From Terriglobia bacterium (GTDB lineage Bacteria > Acidobacteriota > Terriglobia > JAJPHL01 > JAPKYU01): a stretch of DNA of 64,000 nt. The translations under genes and the position numbers were made by a program. The notes beneath the pieces are model-generated. The model was not told the DNA's origin and ran no database searches. It was given only the letters and a program-made list of their open reading frames with translations. The stretch is taken from the NCBI GenBank assembly GCA_965223005.1, contig CBDCVK010000005.1, positions 192,001 through 256,000 of the forward strand, read 5' to 3'. Below are positions 60,526 through 64,000 of this stretch, piece by piece. Position 1 is the stretch's first letter. Each line of letters opens with the position of its first letter.

Positions 60526-62382
60526 TCACCAACCAAAGGCATACCCGGTTTCGTTCCGCGGCGAAGCGGCCGCGCGAAGAGTCCCGTTCTTGCGATCCAT
60601 TTCGACGGCCAGGACACGACCGTTCTGCCAGTCCGAGCCGACAGTGACTTGATGCCCCCGACGCCTCAATTCCTCAACGACGCCTGGACTGATTCGACCT
60701 TCCACGTCCATGACTCCCAAGTTCGCCTGGTGCCCAGACCAGGAGCTGTAGAAATGAGCGGTGGCGAAGCCGGCCGCATCGATCGCTTCCTGCAGATTCA
60801 TGCCAAAGTCGACATAGTTCAGGAAGAACTGGAGTGTCCACTGGTCCTGGTTGTCGCCGCCCAGTGTTCCGAAGGCCAATCGCGGCTGGCCGTCTTTCAG
60901 TACCAGCGTGGGAGTGAGAGTCGTGCGGGGGCGCTTTCCCGGCTGCAGGCAGCCAGGGTGCTCCGGGTCGAGCCAAAACATTTGCCCCCGTACACCCAGA
61001 CAAAAACCCAGGCCCGGGATGATGGGAGACATATTGATCCACCCTCCGCTCGGCGTAGCTGCCACCATATTGCCCTCGCCGTCGAGCGCGTCCAGGTGCG
61101 TGGTGTCATCCAGAGCCGCCGGAAGGCCCTTGCGAATCTTGAAAACACTGCCCGGTCCCGCCCCTGGCCGAAGCTCCATGGAGGCTCGCCTCGGATCAAC
61201 CAGCTTGCGCCTCTGGGCGGCGTAGGCTTCCGAAAGCAGGCGATCCAAGGGGACGTCCACAAATCTTGGATCCCCATAGTAAGCGTCCCGATCAGCGAAG
61301 GCGAGCTTGGCGCTTTCGATGACGGTGTGGATATAGTCCGCCGAATTGTGGCCCATTCTTTCGAGGTCGTAACCCTCGAGGATTTTCAGATGCTGCAAGA
61401 ACACCGGACCCTGGGTCCAGGGACCGCACTTGTAGACCTGATAGCCTCGGTAGGTTGCTGTGACTGGCTGCTCGATGAGGGTCGCGTAGCGGGCCAGGTC
61501 ATCGTACTCCAGCAGCGCGTGGTGCTCCTGGCCCGTGGAGTCCTTCACGCGCGTGCTCTTAGCGAAGTCCACGATCTGCCGCGCGATATCCCCCTTGTAG
61601 AAGAGGTCCCAAGCCGCCTGGATCCCCTGCTCCCGGGATCCGCCCGACCCGGAAGCCTGGACAAGTCGCTTGAAGGTATGGGCCCAGTCCGGCATCTGGA
61701 TCAATTCGCCGATCTCGGGCAGATGATCCTGCGGGCGAAAAGCCGGGCCCGTCGTGGGATAAATGTTCAGCGCGCTTTGAATTGTTCCGATCGCTCCTGC
61801 ATGCGCTGGGTAACCCTGTTCGGCTAGCTCGATGGCCGGACTCAATACCTCCTTCAACGGCAACCGCCCGAAGCGTTCCAACAGCGTCAGCCAGGCACCG
61901 GTAGCCGCGGGCACAGTGGCCGGCAAAAAACCCACTCCGGGGATCGTGTCCACGCCGTGTTCTTTGAACCAAGCCAGGGTGGCTTTCCCGGGAGCCGGCC
62001 CCTGGCCGCTGACAGACCAGACCTTCTTATCTTTCTTATCCTTGGCCGAGTAGACCAGGATGGAGACTTCTCCGCCGATGCCGTAGTAGTGCGGCTCAAG
62101 CACAGCGCAGGCGAATCCCATGGCCACGGCCGCGTCAAACGCGTTGCCTCCCTTTTCCAGCATGCGAAAGCCGGCGGCGGTTGCCAGGTAATGCCCGGAC
62201 GTCACCACACCTTTGCGCCCCAGGATGACCGGGCGTGTTGTGAATGAGGGCCATTTTCGCTCCGGCCGCCTGAACTCCGAGGCTCCCTGCGTGGAGCCCG
62301 CTCCCGAACCGGTACGGCGAACCGGCGAAAATCCGGCACTACCCAGAGCGAGTTCTCCAAGAAACAATCGACGCGTGCTCAT
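60526..62382 (-). CDS. Gamma-glutamyltransferase family protein with a Tat-like signal
   Basis: STRRLFL, GGNAFDAAVA, catalytic DTTH, PGKRPRTTLTP, GGDNQ. Confidence 0.92.
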   Translation of the reverse strand: MSTRRLFLGELALGSAGFSPVRRTGSGAGSTQGASEFRRPERKWPSFTTRPVILGRKGVVTSGHYLATAAGFRMLEKGGNAFDAAVAMGFACAVLEPHYYGIGGEVSILVYSAKDKKDKKVWSVSGQGPAPGKATLAWFKEHGVDTIPGVGFLPATVPAATGAWLTLLERFGRLPLKEVLSPAIELAEQGYPAHAGAIGTIQSALNIYPTTGPAFRPQDHLPEIGELIQMPDWAHTFKRLVQASGSGGSREQGIQAAWDLFYKGDIARQIVDFAKSTRVKDSTGQEHHALLEYDDLARYATLIEQPVTATYRGYQVYKCGPWTQGPVFLQHLKILEGYDLERMGHNSADYIHTVIESAKLAFADRDAYYGDPRFVDVPLDRLLSEAYAAQRRKLVDPRRASMELRPGAGPGSVFKIRKGLPAALDDTTHLDALDGEGNMVAATPSGGWINMSPIIPGLGFCLGVRGQMFWLDPEHPGCLQPGKRPRTTLTPTLVLKDGQPRLAFGTLGGDNQDQWTLQFFLNYVDFGMNLQEAIDAAGFATAHFYSSWSGHQANLGVMDVEGRISPGVVEELRRRGHQVTVGSDWQNGRVLAVEMDRKNGTLRAAASPRNETGYAFGW

Positions 62383-62668
62383 GGCCTCATCCTATCACTC
62401 CCCTATGCAGCAGTCGTCCCATGTGAGGCACCGGCCTCCGGGACAGTCGTGATCGTTAGCGGCGGGGGCGTCAGAGATGGCTATTCGGGAGGAGGTTCAA
62501 GACCCGATTCTGTGGCAGCGGCTCGAATATCCCGCCACGTCGGTTCTGGGATCGGAATTCCCTGCTCGCTGCGTTGTGCTTTGGTGATTCGCTCCGGCTC
62601 ACCGGAGTAGGCATTGCAAGAAGACTACTTGTCCTTCCACAAGGCGCTAAGGGCCTTGGAAGAGGGAC

Positions 62669-64000
62669 CTACCAGAAGCGCGGAACTCTTTCCTCCTTGC
62701 TGGTGATCACTTCGAGGAGGACTGGCCGCCCGGTCGCAAGCTCTCGCTGCGCCCTATGGATCGCGGGAATGATCTCCTGCGGCTGCTCGACCCGCTCACT
62801 CGCAGCCCCTAATGCCGCAGCCAACTTCACATGATCTATCCCCAGCTGTGTCATGCCCTGGCTCTTCGCTGCCGCTCCAAGAAAGTGCTCAACGCCACAC
62901 ATCCCGGAATTGTTCAGAACGACTGTCAAGATTGGGATTTGATGGCGGGCTGCCGTCTCCACCTCCAGCCCTAACATGCCAAAGGAAGCATCGCCGATGA
63001 AATGCACCACCATCTTGTCAGGGGCGGCGACCTTTGCTCCCAGCGCTAGGCCTATGGACTGCCCCATTTGCGTGGAGTTCCCCCAGCCCAGGTAACCTCG
63101 CGGCACGACCGACTCGTAGAAGGGTATCACCTGGTCGCGGACATATCCGGAGTCATGGGTCACGATCGTCTTGGTGCGATCTACGGTGTGCATCAGGTCC
63201 CAGATCACCCGATAGGGGTTGATTGGGACTTCGTCGGAGGTCAGCAGGGGCATCCACTGCTGCAGCCAGGCTTGCTTGACGGCTGCGATTTCCTTCACTG
63301 CGGCGGCTCCATCCCGGCCCTTTGCACCTGCTTGCCGGCGCAGCTCCTCGGTGAGTTGGGCAAGCACCAGCTTCGCGTCGCCGAGGATACCCAGGTCCAC
63401 CATCATGTCCGCGTTCAGGTCGCGGTCGTCGTTGGTGACCTGGATCACCGTCTTGCCCGGCGGAATGGGCACCACCATCCACTCCCTGCTGAAGCTACTG
63501 CCAACGCCCAAGACCAGATCCGCTTCGCGCACAAAGTGCTCCACCGGCTTGGTGGCGGTTAGGGCTCCCGCCCCAATGGCCAAAGGATGGTCCTCGGGGA
63601 AGGCGCTCTTCCCCAGCAGGGTGGTCATGATCGGGGCCCCGGCCAATTCCGCAAACTCCAGCAACTCCTGGGTGGCCTCGGCATAAAGCACTCCCTGCCC
63701 CACGTGAATCACAGGACGCTGGGCCTTGAGAAAAGCTTGGACCGCAGCCTCGACCGCCTCCGGGTCCCCGGCCGATCGCACTCGCTGAGGACTCTTATAG
63801 GAGTCTGCTTCCACTTCGCCATCGGCGACATCGATGGGAACTTCTAGCAGAACGGGACCCGGGCGGCCGTTGCGCAGATAGCTGAACGCGCGCCGCATCA
63901 TGTCAGGCACGCGCTCGGGCAGATTGATCTGCTCGGCCCACTTGGTGATCGGCCGATAACTGGGCACAGCCTGAAAATTCCGGGTCGAACCCAGGCGGGC
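62669..64000 (-). CDS. Thiamine pyrophosphate-requiring enzyme, 5'-partial
   Basis: GRPGPV, GDASFG...LNN TPP motif; frame open to the window edge. Confidence 0.9.
   Translation of the reverse strand, partial: ARLGSTRNFQAVPSYRPITKWAEQINLPERVPDMMRRAFSYLRNGRPGPVLLEVPIDVADGEVEADSYKSPQRVRSAGDPEAVEAAVQAFLKAQRPVIHVGQGVLYAEATQELLEFAELAGAPIMTTLLGKSAFPEDHPLAIGAGALTATKPVEHFVREADLVLGVGSSFSREWMVVPIPPGKTVIQVTNDDRDLNADMMVDLGILGDAKLVLAQLTEELRRQAGAKGRDGAAAVKEIAAVKQAWLQQWMPLLTSDEVPINPYRVIWDLMHTVDRTKTIVTHDSGYVRDQVIPFYESVVPRGYLGWGNSTQMGQSIGLALGAKVAAPDKMVVHFIGDASFGMLGLEVETAARHQIPILTVVLNNSGMCGVEHFLGAAAKSQGMTQLGIDHVKLAAALGAASERVEQPQEIIPAIHRAQRELATGRPVLLEVITSKEERVPRFW

Overview
GC-rich bacterial chromosome segment; gene content and sequence style suggest Acidobacteriota (inference, no database search). 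The left ~39 kb is mostly core genes: mutL-cmk, tig-clpP-clpX-lon-rho, dgt, trxB, proline dehydrogenase, dinG, tRNA-Gln and tRNA-Glu. It also holds an ArsS-like radical SAM gene, a translationally coupled CHASE2 adenylate cyclase/small secreted protein/M48 protease operon, a chimeric amidase-ClpB(D2) ORF in a probable prophage relic, three tandem TMTC-like glycosyltransferase-TPR genes, a cold-shock/RRM cluster and an insertion-expanded tRNA-Gln-like copy. Right of tRNA-Glu (~39.1-64 kb) lies an accessory catabolic patchwork with several gene fragments: PQQ dehydrogenase plus cytochrome c, sialidase, a DUF1553/DUF1501 pair, Tat-type enzymes and an orphan cpaE. I found no CRISPR array, rRNA or intact integrase/transposase. 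The best candidates for an undescribed system are the cyclase-peptide-M48 module, the tRNA-Gln-derived RNA and the TMTC-like triad.
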